Assembly (NCBI GenBank): GCA_043823065.1
Contig: JBDRBB010000010.1
Coordinates: 64,001 to 128,000 of the forward strand
DNA length: 64,000 bases
From: Pseudomonadota bacterium
GTDB lineage: Bacteria > UBA10199 > 2-02-FULL-44-16 > DYJF01
Direction: 5' to 3'
In this document: positions 1 through 8,963 of the stretch, piece after piece
Position numbering within the stretch: position 1 is the first letter of the stretch
How the letters are laid out: the number at the start of each line of letters is the position of its first letter
Notes under the pieces: model-generated
Told to the model about the DNA's origin: nothing
Seen by the model: the letters and a program-made list of their open reading frames with translations, nothing else
The model's database searches: none
Position numbers and translations under genes: made by a program

Positions 1-2
1 TA

Positions 3-311
3 GGTATCAGAGAATTAGGATTCATTAAATATTTGCAGCATCTGGCTGGCCCAGTAATCTGGTTGGCTCCTTTAATGCTAACCATTGAAATCATTAGCCA
101 CATAGTGCGGCCTATTTCACTTTCTGTGCGTTTATTTGGGAATATGGTTGGTGATCATTTGGTGGTGGAAATTTTTTCCGGTTTGATTCCTTTGTTTGTG
201 CCAATTTTTTTTCTATTATTGGCGATTTTTGTGGCATTTATTCAGGCTTTTGTGTTTAGTTTATTATCGTGTGTATATATAGCCCTGGCTACTGAACCAG
301 GAGAACATTGA
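3..311 (+). CDS. atpB: F0F1 ATP synthase subunit a, C-terminal part (5' truncated by window)
   Basis: RPISLSVRLFGNM and IQAFVFSLLSCVYI motifs; frame open to window edge. Confidence 0.95.
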   Translation, partial: GIRELGFIKYLQHLAGPVIWLAPLMLTIEIISHIVRPISLSVRLFGNMVGDHLVVEIFSGLIPLFVPIFFLLLAIFVAFIQAFVFSLLSCVYIALATEPGEH

Positions 312-329
312 AAAATTAAGGGGGAAAAT

Positions 330-662
330 ATGATAAAAAAAGTAGTCTACTTTTGGTCATTTTTTATAACTGCGCTATTTGCAAATTCCGCATCAGCTCA
401 AACTTATGCCGCGCAAACCTTTAGCGGCAAAAGCACGGTAAGCACTGCCCTGGCAATTAGCGCTGGAATTGGTATTGCTATTGCAGCTTTTGGCGGCGCA
501 CTTAGCCAAGCCAGAGTGGCTTCTGCTGCTCTAGAAGGCATTGCCCGCAATCCAGAAGCTGCCAATAAGATTCAAACACCCATGATCATTGCCTTGGCGC
601 TGATTGAATCTTTAGTAATTTACGTATTAGTTATTGCATTTTTATTGCAAGGTAAGATATAG
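330..662 (+). CDS. atpE: F0F1 ATP synthase subunit c with signal-like N-terminal extension
   Basis: GIARNPEA loop, [11 protein letters not shown] with catalytic Glu; follows atpB. Confidence 0.95.
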   Translation: MIKKVVYFWSFFITALFANSASAQTYAAQTFSGKSTVSTALAISAGIGIAIAAFGGALSQARVASAALEGIARNPEAANKIQTPMIIALALIESLVIYVLVIAFLLQGKI

Positions 663-721
663 AGGCCTTCGTTCATTTATTAGCAAAGCACGATGTACGA
701 AAGACGATGTACGGTTCTTAA

Positions 722-798
722 GCGCCCGTAGCTCAGCGGATTAGAGTATCTGGCTACGAACCAGAGGGTCGGAGGTTCGAATCCTCCCGGGCGCGCCA
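722..798 (+). tRNA. tRNA-Arg(ACG)
   Basis: GCGCCCG/CGGGCGC acceptor stem, TCTGG-CTACGAA-CCAGA anticodon arm, GGTTCGAATCC T-arm, encoded CCA. Confidence 0.97.
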
Positions 799-833
799 AT
801 AAAAAAGACGACTATCGTGTCGTCTTTTTTATT
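799..833 (+). terminator. Intrinsic terminator after tRNA-Arg
   Basis: aataaaaaagacgac-tatcgt-gtcgtcttttttatt hairpin with T-tract. Confidence 0.8.
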
Positions 834-840
834 GAAGCCT

Positions 841-1007
841 TGGAGAGGATTCGAACCTACGTTGCACCGTGTAGAGGTTCGGCGAACTTATAAATAACCA
901 ACATCCTTATGAGCCATTTGCCGCCAGGCAAATAATCCTCCCGGGCACGCTCAACATATGAGACAAAAGTTGTGAAGCTTTTATTTTTATGCTCGCCGAA
1001 TCCTCCC
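841..1007. repeat. Inverted and direct partial copies of the tRNA-Arg 3' half
   Basis: gaggattcgaacct (inverted T-arm, ~845-858), aatcctcccgggcacgc (934-950), cgaatcctccc (997-1007). Confidence 0.7.
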
Positions 1008-1139
1008 TACGTCTTTAGCCCAATATTTCATACTACGAAGTTTATTTCTTAGGCTTTATGTCCACCCACAGTGGACAATTAACAGAATTTATAAACCCAC
1101 CGTTGATTTGATGGTAAAAAAAAATATAGTTATATTAAA

Positions 1140-1430
1140 TCACTCTGCCTCTTGGGCATAATCAACTACAATGTTTATTATTTCCTGAACTTTTTTATTA
1201 CATTTTTTAAAATAAACCTTATCTAAGACTTCAGCCCCTCTTTTTCTAATTAAATCGCTAATTAAGGCATGAACAAATGATTGAGTTGTTGCTTCAATTC
1301 CCTCAAAGTTGAGAGCAATCTCTTGGTTGCTATCTAGGGCTGGAATAATTTGAGTTAAACGGATATCTTTGGCTTTATCTTTATTTTCTGCAAAATCACC
1401 AACATGTAAAAATAATTTTATTTCGATCAT
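1140..1430 (-). CDS. STAS-like (DUF4325-type) small protein
   Basis: LNFEGIEATTQSFVHALI pattern typical of STAS-like domains; overlaps upstream ATPase gene by 4 nt. Confidence 0.7.
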   Translation of the reverse strand: MIEIKLFLHVGDFAENKDKAKDIRLTQIIPALDSNQEIALNFEGIEATTQSFVHALISDLIRKRGAEVLDKVYFKKCNKKVQEIINIVVDYAQEAE

Positions 1431-2392
1431 ATAAATTTTGGTCTCTTATATTTCTTGGTTTTTTGTTCAGAAATAGCTTTGCTATATGTTTTTCTCAAAG
1501 ACTCTAACAATTCTAAGAAAGTTTGTTTCTGCTCTAAAGAAATATCAATCCCCACAGCAGCTCCTTGCCAATAAGGAAAATCACTATTTTTTGAATGGCT
1601 ATCTTTAAATGGATCTATATTGAGATTTACTCGACTAGAAGTCGCTTTACTTTTCAGCAGTTTATACATGGCATTACCACTATAAATCATAAAAAAATCT
1701 CTACTGACTTTTGCTATAGATTTTATAAAAAATAGTCCAGCACCGGCATTAAATTCTGTTCCTCCTATTTTGTTTGTTGTACCTGTGATACCAGGAGTTA
1801 AAGCCAGTTTTATTGCTTCTAAATCTGAGGTTGTTCTATAAGACATGTTAATTGATTCTTTAATCCCAACTCCTGTATCTACGATACCAATGCGGATAGT
1901 ATTACTTTTTTGATAAAATTGAGCGCAAACAATCGCACCTTTATTTGAACAAGAATGCTCAAGTACATTTCTCACTAGTTCACTAATTATATATTTTATT
2001 GGTTCTGCTTGATTAGGCTGAAGATGCAACAAAGGAACAATATCTACTATAAAACGTGAAAGCTCTTCTGAGTTGGCTATTTTTGATAAGGGAATAAACC
2101 TTCCTGCTGGTTCATGTTCAATAATATTAATGTTTGATTTTAAACCAAGCAATTTAAACAACCCAATTCTTTCTAGATAATGTTTTGATTTTGCCTCTAG
2201 TTCTTCAAAATGAATATTTTCAGGTTTAACGGTAAGCCCCAAAGCTGCCACCATGGCTAAGACAATAGGATGAAGTGATATCCATTTTTTATTAGCTGTA
2301 ATTTCCAAAATATCAGGATTGCTTGCATCAAATGAACGCAACAATGGATCAATATTTCCTAAAAAAGCACTATTTGGTAAATGAATTTTCAT
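1427..2392 (-). CDS. GHKL/HATPase_c (anti-sigma kinase-like) ATP-binding protein
   Basis: N-box ELVRNVLEH, G1 DTGVGI, G2 NAGAGLF. Confidence 0.75.
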   Translation of the reverse strand: MKIHLPNSAFLGNIDPLLRSFDASNPDILEITANKKWISLHPIVLAMVAALGLTVKPENIHFEELEAKSKHYLERIGLFKLLGLKSNINIIEHEPAGRFIPLSKIANSEELSRFIVDIVPLLHLQPNQAEPIKYIISELVRNVLEHSCSNKGAIVCAQFYQKSNTIRIGIVDTGVGIKESINMSYRTTSDLEAIKLALTPGITGTTNKIGGTEFNAGAGLFFIKSIAKVSRDFFMIYSGNAMYKLLKSKATSSRVNLNIDPFKDSHSKNSDFPYWQGAAVGIDISLEQKQTFLELLESLRKTYSKAISEQKTKKYKRPKFI

Positions 2393-2409
2393 AACAATCC
2401 TATTTTTAT

Positions 2410-2551
2410 ACCGGGATTCCCGGTGTTAGATTTTAGGACCGGGAATCCCGGTAAATTTATAATTAATTTATGATATTTTCAAGCTAAAAATCCAAAAAAG
2501 TAAAATTTTACCGGGAATCACGGGATTAAATTTTGACCCCCAATTCCAGGT
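2410..2551. promoter_or_regulatory. Two pairs of ACCGGGAWTCCCGGT palindromes flanking a putative sigma70 promoter of the HATPase-STAS operon
   Basis: Copies at 2410-2424, 2438-2452, 2510-2524 and 2536-2551 (degenerate); minus-strand TTGAAA(2482-2477)-N17-TAAATT between the pairs. Confidence 0.55.
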
Positions 2552-2764
2552 AAAAATTCACATTATATTCGCTATAAGGCACATTTCAGTTATCAATTTT
2601 TTTAACCAATTTTATCTCCCAATTTGAGGTGTAAACACCTCAGACTTATCAACCTACATATTATCCGACGGCTGCGTTCAAATATTATATTACTTAATTT
2701 ATTTAGTAATATCAAATAGTTAAATATTTTTTAATATTGTTTTAGATTTCATTTTATTTAAAAT

Positions 2765-2780
2765 TGTTTCACATGAAACA
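2765..2780. other. parS site (1 mismatch)
   Basis: TGTTTCACATGAAACA vs consensus TGTTTCACGTGAAACA, upstream of parA. Confidence 0.85.
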
Positions 2781-2833
2781 ATTTCACCATATGAAACTAG
2801 CTTCTCAATTGGAGGCAGCTCTCGGCCAAAGGT

Positions 2834-2905
2834 TTGTCATCCCCACAAAAGTGTGGATCTGGTCAGTTATATCAGTTTAGATTCCCGCCTTCGCGGGAAT
2901 GACAA
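2834..2905. repeat. REP-like palindromic element (GTCATTCCCGC...GCGGGAATGAC type)
   Basis: ttgtcatcccc...agattcccgccttcgcgggaatgacaa inverted ends with internal hairpins. Confidence 0.7.
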
Positions 2906-2992
2906 GACAGATAACTCCTTTTGGCGACTGACTCATATTGGATAATTGATTATTGTTTTTACCTTGTTTCTTGGTTATTGGAATTTTCAAAT

Positions 2993-3008
2993 TGTTTCAC
3001 GTGAAACA
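2993..3008. other. parS site (perfect)
   Basis: TGTTTCACGTGAAACA. Confidence 0.92.
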
Positions 3009-3181
3009 ATTTTTGATCTTGCAATTATTGCATCCACCAAATATATCCTAAAACACGATTCGAAATTTTGAAACCAATTAGCGTGGAAATGTAGTATCAG
3101 CAGGTGTCTCGCTGGTGAGTGTATCTATGCTTATGATACCTTGCTTGCCGAAAGCCAACAGGTTTCATATGAAGGGAGAAA

Positions 3182-3955
3182 ATGGCTGAAATCATTGCAT
3201 TTTGTAATCAAAAAGGTGGTGTTGGCAAAACCACTACTGCCATAAATGTTGCAGCTTGTATGGCAGCAGCTGAACAACGCACCCTTTTAGTTGACCTAGA
3301 TCCTCAAGGCAATAGCACAACTGGTTTTGGTTTTAATAAATATAATATAGAACGTTCTGTATATCATGCTTTTACCTCTGATCAGGAGATAAGAGATCTT
3401 TTAATTGAAACTCAAATGCCTTTTTTAAAAATTCTTCCTTCTAATACTGAACTGGTAGGAGCTGATATTGAATTAGTGGACTATGTTTCACGTGAAACAA
3501 TTTTAAAAACTAAGCTTTCTGCAATCCAGGATGAATTTGATTTTATTCTAATTGATTGCCCACCTTCATTAAACTTACTCACTATCAATGCCTTATCTGC
3601 TGCAAATTCTGTAATAATTCCAGTACAATGCGAATATTATGCTATGGAAGGTTTGGCAGATTTACAAAGAACCATTGGTTTTGTCCAGGAAAGGGTAAAT
3701 CCTGAACTTAAAATCAGCGGTATTGTTTTAACCATGTTTGACAGCAGAAATAATATGGCCCATCAAGTTTCTCAAGAAATAAATAATCATTTCAACGAGT
3801 TGGTATTTAAAACCATAATTCCTAGAAATATTCGTTTAAGTGAAGCACCCAGCCATGGCAAACCTATTCTGTTATACGACGTTAGTTCCAAAGGTTCTGT
3901 CAGCTATTTTGATCTAACTGATGAGATTTTATCCAGATATAATAAAACAACTTAA
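3182..3955 (+). CDS. parA: Chromosome partitioning ATPase ParA/Soj
   Basis: NQKGGVGKTTT deviant Walker A, DLDPQGN, IDCPPS. Confidence 0.96.
   Translation: MAEIIAFCNQKGGVGKTTTAINVAACMAAAEQRTLLVDLDPQGNSTTGFGFNKYNIERSVYHAFTSDQEIRDLLIETQMPFLKILPSNTELVGADIELVDYVSRETILKTKLSAIQDEFDFILIDCPPSLNLLTINALSAANSVIIPVQCEYYAMEGLADLQRTIGFVQERVNPELKISGIVLTMFDSRNNMAHQVSQEINNHFNELVFKTIIPRNIRLSEAPSHGKPILLYDVSSKGSVSYFDLTDEILSRYNKTT
3484..3499. other. parS site (perfect) inside the parA coding sequence
   Basis: TGTTTCACGTGAAACA within the YVSRET codons. Confidence 0.85.
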
Positions 3956-3967
3956 TAGGGAGGATTA

Positions 3968-4840
3968 ATGTTAAATAAAAGAGGTCTAGGTAGGGGATTT
4001 GAATCATTGTTACCTCCAGCTCAAACAGCTCCAAATAATGCTTCTGAAAATACCAACCCCTTGCAAACTGTTCCAATTGAAAACATTGTGCCCAATCGCT
4101 TACAACCACGTACAATTTTTGATGATGACAAAATTCGGGAACTAGCTAACTCCATTAAAGAAGATGGTATCCTACAACCATTAATAGTTTCTCCTCCCAC
4201 AAATGGTCGCTATGAATTGATCGCTGGTGAACGTCGGCTGCGGGCTTCCCGTCTGGCTGGCTTAGCTGAAGTTCCAGTTGTTATAAAAGATGTTGATCAA
4301 ACAACAACTCTGGTTCTTTCGTTAATTGAAAATATTCAGCGCCAAGATTTAAATCCAATTGAAGAAGCAGTTTCCTATAATGAACTAATTGAAAACTTTA
4401 ATCTCACTCAAGATGAAGTGGCTAAACGCATTGGCAAAAGCAGGGTGGCGGTTGCTAATACACTTAGACTACTCAACCTCCCGCAAACTATTAAAGATGA
4501 TGTATCTGCTGGTCGCTATTCTCCAGGACACGCCAGAGCACTACTAGCAGCCAACGGGGTACAAGAACAACTTAAATTGCGAGAATGGATCATTAAACAC
4601 ACGCCAACCGTCCGCAATGTTGAAGAACGAATCAACATTGCCAAACAAACCAGCAACACTGCCCAGAACAAGACAAATTCTGTATCACCTCAAATCAATA
4701 CTGTTTTGGAAAAAATGCGCCAAACTCTGGGCACCAAGGTTAAAATTTCCACTAATCGCAAGGGCGGCGGCAAAATAACTATTGATTATTACTCCTGGCA
4801 AGAGCTAGATAACATATACCGACGGGTGACAGGTGGTTGA
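3968..4840 (+). CDS. parB: Chromosome partitioning protein ParB/Spo0J
   Basis: GLGRG N-terminus, AGERRLRA CTPase motif, ENIQRQDLNPIEEA, HTH. Confidence 0.96.
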   Translation: MLNKRGLGRGFESLLPPAQTAPNNASENTNPLQTVPIENIVPNRLQPRTIFDDDKIRELANSIKEDGILQPLIVSPPTNGRYELIAGERRLRASRLAGLAEVPVVIKDVDQTTTLVLSLIENIQRQDLNPIEEAVSYNELIENFNLTQDEVAKRIGKSRVAVANTLRLLNLPQTIKDDVSAGRYSPGHARALLAANGVQEQLKLREWIIKHTPTVRNVEERINIAKQTSNTAQNKTNSVSPQINTVLEKMRQTLGTKVKISTNRKGGGKITIDYYSWQELDNIYRRVTGG

Positions 4841-4888
4841 GTTATTTAATATAAAATTTATTAACAATTTACTTTTAAGGGGGTTTTT

Positions 4889-5332
4889 ATGGCAAAAGAA
4901 AAATTTTTTTCAAAAGATGCTGACCAAATAAACGGTCTATTTGACAAAGGTTGCAGCTTTGAAGGTAAGCTTACCTTTGACGGCACAGTACAGATAAACG
5001 GCGATTTTCAAGGCGATATTTTATCTGATGGCACATTAATTGTTGGCACTGATGCTACTGTGCGCGCGAAGATTCAGGTAAATAATTTAATTGTGGAAGG
5101 TAAAGTGGAGGGTATCGTTGAGGCAAAAAACAAAGTTGAGATACATTCTCATGCTCAATTTATCGGCGATATAATTACTCCTGGTTTAGTTGTTGAAGAA
5201 GGTGGCATCTTGCACGGTGGCTGTCAAATGCAGGCTACTGGAAAAATGACTCATGTCACAGACATCACCATGAAACCAAAAGGCAAAAAAGAAGATTACA
5301 TGGCTGAAGCTGCCAATGACAAGCTTATCTAA
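4889..5332 (+). CDS. Bactofilin (polymer-forming cytoskeletal protein)
   Basis: Beta-helix repeats FEGKLTFDGTVQING...VEEGGILHGGCQM; typical position after parB. Confidence 0.9.
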   Translation: MAKEKFFSKDADQINGLFDKGCSFEGKLTFDGTVQINGDFQGDILSDGTLIVGTDATVRAKIQVNNLIVEGKVEGIVEAKNKVEIHSHAQFIGDIITPGLVVEEGGILHGGCQMQATGKMTHVTDITMKPKGKKEDYMAEAANDKLI

Positions 5333-5345
5333 AAGGTAATTTTTC

Positions 5346-6650
5346 ATGGGGGAAAACCTGGTTTTAGAAGCTACGCGCCTGGTAGCTCAATTATCCATCA
5401 TCCTAATTGCAGCTAAATTAGGCGCTGAGTTATGTGTACGTTTTTTAAAACAACCAGCAGTACTTGGAGAATTATTAGCCGGTGTTTTTTTAAGCCCTTT
5501 TTTATTTGGCCGCGCCATTCCTTTTTTAGAAGGACAAAAACTTTTCCCCTTGTCAGCAGACCCAACTAACATCCCTATTTCCACAACATTATTTGCTATT
5601 GCTCAAATTGGCGCTGTGGTTTTGCTGTTTGTTGCAGGTTTAGAAACTAATTTAAAACAATTTTTAAAATACGCGTGGGCAGCAATATTAATCGCTATTG
5701 GAGGTATTGTCCTGCCATTTTTTTTAGGCGCTTACATAACCGTACTATTTGGTCTTGCCAATCACCTACATGATGCCACTGCCTTGTTTGTTGGTTCAAT
5801 ACTCACTGCCACTTCCGTTGGCATAACAGCCAGAGTTTTAGATGATCTTAAAAAATTAGATTCTCCAGAAGGAGTTACCATATTGGGAGCAGCCATTGTT
5901 GATGATGTCTTAGGCATTCTAGTGCTCTCAATTGTGATTGCTGTTAGCTATTCACAAGCCAAAGGAGGTCATATTGATCTTCCAGAAATCGGCATCATTG
6001 GTCTAAGGGCAATTGGCTTTTGGATTGGTTTAATAGTAGTGGGAGTTATTGCAGCTCCTCATTTAGAACGTCTTATTCTGCGCTTTAAGACCCGTGGTTC
6101 TAAAATTCCTCTAGCCTTAGCAATCTGTTTTATTGCCAGTTTTTTAGCAGAAGGCGCTGGCTTGGCTATGATTATTGGAGCTTATGCTATTGGTCTAGCC
6201 TTATCTTCACGGCCAATTGCTAAAGAATTAATAGAATCAATTCAGCCGCTTTTTCACTTTCTAGTACCTATCTTTTTTGTGGTTACTGGTATGATGGTAA
6301 ATCTTTTAGATGTTGGCAGCCTTCCTTTGTTTGCCTTGGTCTTAACAATAGCAGCCATTGCTAGTAAATGGCTGGGTTGTTTTCTTCCAGCTTGGGGCTG
6401 CGGCTTTAGCAAACTAGGGGCATCCAGAATTGGTGTTGGCATGATTCCAAGGGGAGAAATTGCCTTAATCATTGCCCAAGTTGGTATAGCCAAAGGTTTA
6501 ATTGATACGAGCATTTATGGCACTGCCATAATTATTGCTTTAGCCACAACTTTAGTAGCCCCAATTTGGATGGCTTCAATTTTTAAAAATAACGATTCCG
6601 GCCTAAGGAGAAAGCATGAAAAACAATTACCGCGTCCTATTTCCACCTAA
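5346..6650 (+). CDS. CPA2-family cation:proton antiporter (NapA-like)
   Basis: ATSVGITARV, AAIVDDVLG and GMIPRGEIA motifs; many TM helices. Confidence 0.9.
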   Translation: MGENLVLEATRLVAQLSIILIAAKLGAELCVRFLKQPAVLGELLAGVFLSPFLFGRAIPFLEGQKLFPLSADPTNIPISTTLFAIAQIGAVVLLFVAGLETNLKQFLKYAWAAILIAIGGIVLPFFLGAYITVLFGLANHLHDATALFVGSILTATSVGITARVLDDLKKLDSPEGVTILGAAIVDDVLGILVLSIVIAVSYSQAKGGHIDLPEIGIIGLRAIGFWIGLIVVGVIAAPHLERLILRFKTRGSKIPLALAICFIASFLAEGAGLAMIIGAYAIGLALSSRPIAKELIESIQPLFHFLVPIFFVVTGMMVNLLDVGSLPLFALVLTIAAIASKWLGCFLPAWGCGFSKLGASRIGVGMIPRGEIALIIAQVGIAKGLIDTSIYGTAIIIALATTLVAPIWMASIFKNNDSGLRRKHEKQLPRPIST

Positions 6651-6933
6651 TGATGCTTCATTTTCATTTATGAATTTTTTAGAATCTATTCTTTTAAGCA
6701 AAGGCTTTGAGCGTAAACTATCTCACCAAGATCCTGGCAGTCTTGATGTTTATCAATTTGAAGATAAGCAAGGACATATCATTTCTTTTATTAGAGATGC
6801 CCAGGAAAATGATAAAGATGAATTAAAAATTTCTTCCAACTGGAAAGAAATCTATAATATCGTTGATAAGGCAGCTGAAGAGTTTGGAAAATACGTTGCA
6901 AAAACCATTAAAGATGGGAAAATTAAGCAATGA
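6616..6933 (+). CDS. Hypothetical protein
   Basis: SD (aaggag) and overlaps with both neighbours; no recognisable motif. Confidence 0.6.
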   Translation: MKNNYRVLFPPNDASFSFMNFLESILLSKGFERKLSHQDPGSLDVYQFEDKQGHIISFIRDAQENDKDELKISSNWKEIYNIVDKAAEEFGKYVAKTIKDGKIKQ

Positions 6934-7352
6934 TTACCCCCCTTCCTGACTATACCTTTCTTTGGCAGCTTTTAATTTTTCTTTTGGTCACATTTTCTTT
7001 AACCTATTTTGTTTTCAAACCAGCTTTAAAAATTATCGAGAAAAGGAGACAACTTACTTTGCACAAGCAACAAGAATCTAAAAATATCCAGATTGAAGCA
7101 GATATTCTTATTAAAAAATATGAGGACCGCCTAGAAGAAATGCGCCAAGAAGGTAGTTATATTCAGCAAGAACTAATTCGCCAAGGTGAAGAAGTGGGCA
7201 AAGATATTATCAGAAGAGCTAAAGAAAAAAACAAAGAAGTTATTTCAAAAAAAATGGACGAAATTGCCAAAATTAAGCTGCAAATATTTCAAGAAATGGA
7301 AACAAAGTCTGATGAGATTTCTCAACAAATAATTTCAAAAGTTATTGGCTAA
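6930..7352 (+). CDS. atpF: F0F1 ATP synthase subunit b'
   Basis: PDYTFLWQLLIF TM helix, FKP, then charged coiled coil. Confidence 0.8.
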   Translation: MITPLPDYTFLWQLLIFLLVTFSLTYFVFKPALKIIEKRRQLTLHKQQESKNIQIEADILIKKYEDRLEEMRQEGSYIQQELIRQGEEVGKDIIRRAKEKNKEVISKKMDEIAKIKLQIFQEMETKSDEISQQIISKVIG

Positions 7353-7356
7353 ACTA

Positions 7357-7845
7357 ATGAGCAATTTTCAATATTTAATATTTGGTTTGATCAATCTATT
7401 GATCTTAATTTTTCTTTTAGTTGCTTTGCTAAAAAGACAATTTATCAATTTTTTGGATATGCGCCAAAAAAGAATTTTCCAAGCCATTAAAAATACCCAA
7501 GAAAAATATGAATTGGCTAAGAAAAATCTAAAAAAAGCTGAATTAAATATTGAACAAGTTGAAAAAGATGCTTCTAAAATTAGAAGGGCTTTGGTAGAAA
7601 TGGGGAGTTATTCCTATGATGCTACGGTTGTCAAATCGCACGAAATTGCTGAAAGATTACAAAAAGAAACAACCAATTTAATGCTTCAAGAATTAAGTAA
7701 AACTGAAAGATCTATTAAGCAACAAGCCCTTGACTTGGCTTTTACCAAAGCCAAGCTGGTTCTACAACAAGGAGTTTCTCAAAATAAACAAGAAGAACTC
7801 CTTGTAGATTCATTTGAACAATTGGCAAAAATTAAAGAAACTTAA
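7357..7845 (+). CDS. atpF: F0F1 ATP synthase subunit b (divergent)
   Basis: N-terminal TM (LINLLILIFLL) plus coiled coil; tandem with b'. Confidence 0.7.
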   Translation: MSNFQYLIFGLINLLILIFLLVALLKRQFINFLDMRQKRIFQAIKNTQEKYELAKKNLKKAELNIEQVEKDASKIRRALVEMGSYSYDATVVKSHEIAERLQKETTNLMLQELSKTERSIKQQALDLAFTKAKLVLQQGVSQNKQEELLVDSFEQLAKIKET

Positions 7846-7847
7846 TT

Positions 7848-8963
7848 ATGCTTGAATTTACCACTGGAGCACAAGTTATTTGCCGGGCTGCAATTGCAGC
7901 TGGTTGTAAGTTTTTTGCTGGTTATCCAATTACACCAGCTACTGGCATTTTACTTGGCATGCATGAAAATCTTCCCCAATACGGAGGTTTAGTAATTCAG
8001 GGTGAAGATGAATTAGCTTCAATTGGTTTTTGTTTGGGCGCATCTGCAACTGGGCTAAAAGTTATGACCGCAACCAGCGGACCTGGCATGTCGCTTTATT
8101 CAGAAAATATTGGTTTTGCCCAAATGGCTGAGTTGCCCATAGTAATTGTAAACGTACAAAGAATGGGCCCAGCCACAGGCGGGGCTACCACCAATGCAGA
8201 AGGAGATATTCAATTTAGCAAATGGATTGCTCCAGGCGGCTATCCTTTAATTACTTTGGCTCCCACCAATTTGGCTGAATGTTACGAGCTAACCATTAAG
8301 GCTTTTAATTTAGCTGAGCGGTTTCGTTGTCCAGTCATTCTATCCACTAGTAAAGATTTAGTGGCTACCAGAGATACAGTGGATACCAAAAAATATTTTA
8401 AACCAAAAATAATCAATCGCCCTAAAGCCAATGTCAAAAACTTTCAGCCCTATGCTTATCAAAAAACCTCAGATGTACCACCTTTTGCTCCATTAGGCGG
8501 TGATTTACTGACTAGATTTAATACTTCTACTCATGATCAAAATGGCATCTTAACCTGGAATACAAAAAAAGCAGATCTGGCCTTAAACCACTTAAATGAC
8601 AAAATCATGAAACACTCTTCAGAAATTGAAACTGTGGAAGCAGATATTGAAAAGGGTGCCAAGCAGATTATTGTTGCTTATGGCATGATGGCCAGGGTTT
8701 CCAAACATGTAGTCAGACATCTACGCAGCCTGAATAAAAAAATTTCATTATTGACTGTGCATTCTTTGTGGCCTTTGCCAGAAAAATCTCTAAAGAAATA
8801 CGTGGGAAAACATAGCAAAATAATTGTGCCTGAACTAAATCTTGGTCAATATTGTTTGGAAATTGAACGTTTATTTCCAAACCAAGATCTTGTTAAAATT
8901 AACCGTATTGACGGTAAATTAATTTCCCCTGAGGAAATTATAAAAAAAGGTAAACTTTTGTGA
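7848..8963 (+). CDS. 2-oxoacid:ferredoxin oxidoreductase alpha subunit
   Basis: AGYPITPAT, QGEDELAS, TATSGPGMSL. Confidence 0.92.
   Translation: MLEFTTGAQVICRAAIAAGCKFFAGYPITPATGILLGMHENLPQYGGLVIQGEDELASIGFCLGASATGLKVMTATSGPGMSLYSENIGFAQMAELPIVIVNVQRMGPATGGATTNAEGDIQFSKWIAPGGYPLITLAPTNLAECYELTIKAFNLAERFRCPVILSTSKDLVATRDTVDTKKYFKPKIINRPKANVKNFQPYAYQKTSDVPPFAPLGGDLLTRFNTSTHDQNGILTWNTKKADLALNHLNDKIMKHSSEIETVEADIEKGAKQIIVAYGMMARVSKHVVRHLRSLNKKISLLTVHSLWPLPEKSLKKYVGKHSKIIVPELNLGQYCLEIERLFPNQDLVKINRIDGKLISPEEIIKKGKLL

Noticed and set aside
934..950. tRNA 3' duplicate as attR of a large integrated element
   Set aside because: Only ~135 bp from the tRNA and no integrase; kept only as a scar or miniature element
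3085..3176. Possible riboswitch upstream of parA and a fourth parS (ggtttcatatgaaggg)
   Set aside because: The hairpin relies on many G-U pairs and matches no motif I recognise; the parS-like site has too many mismatches
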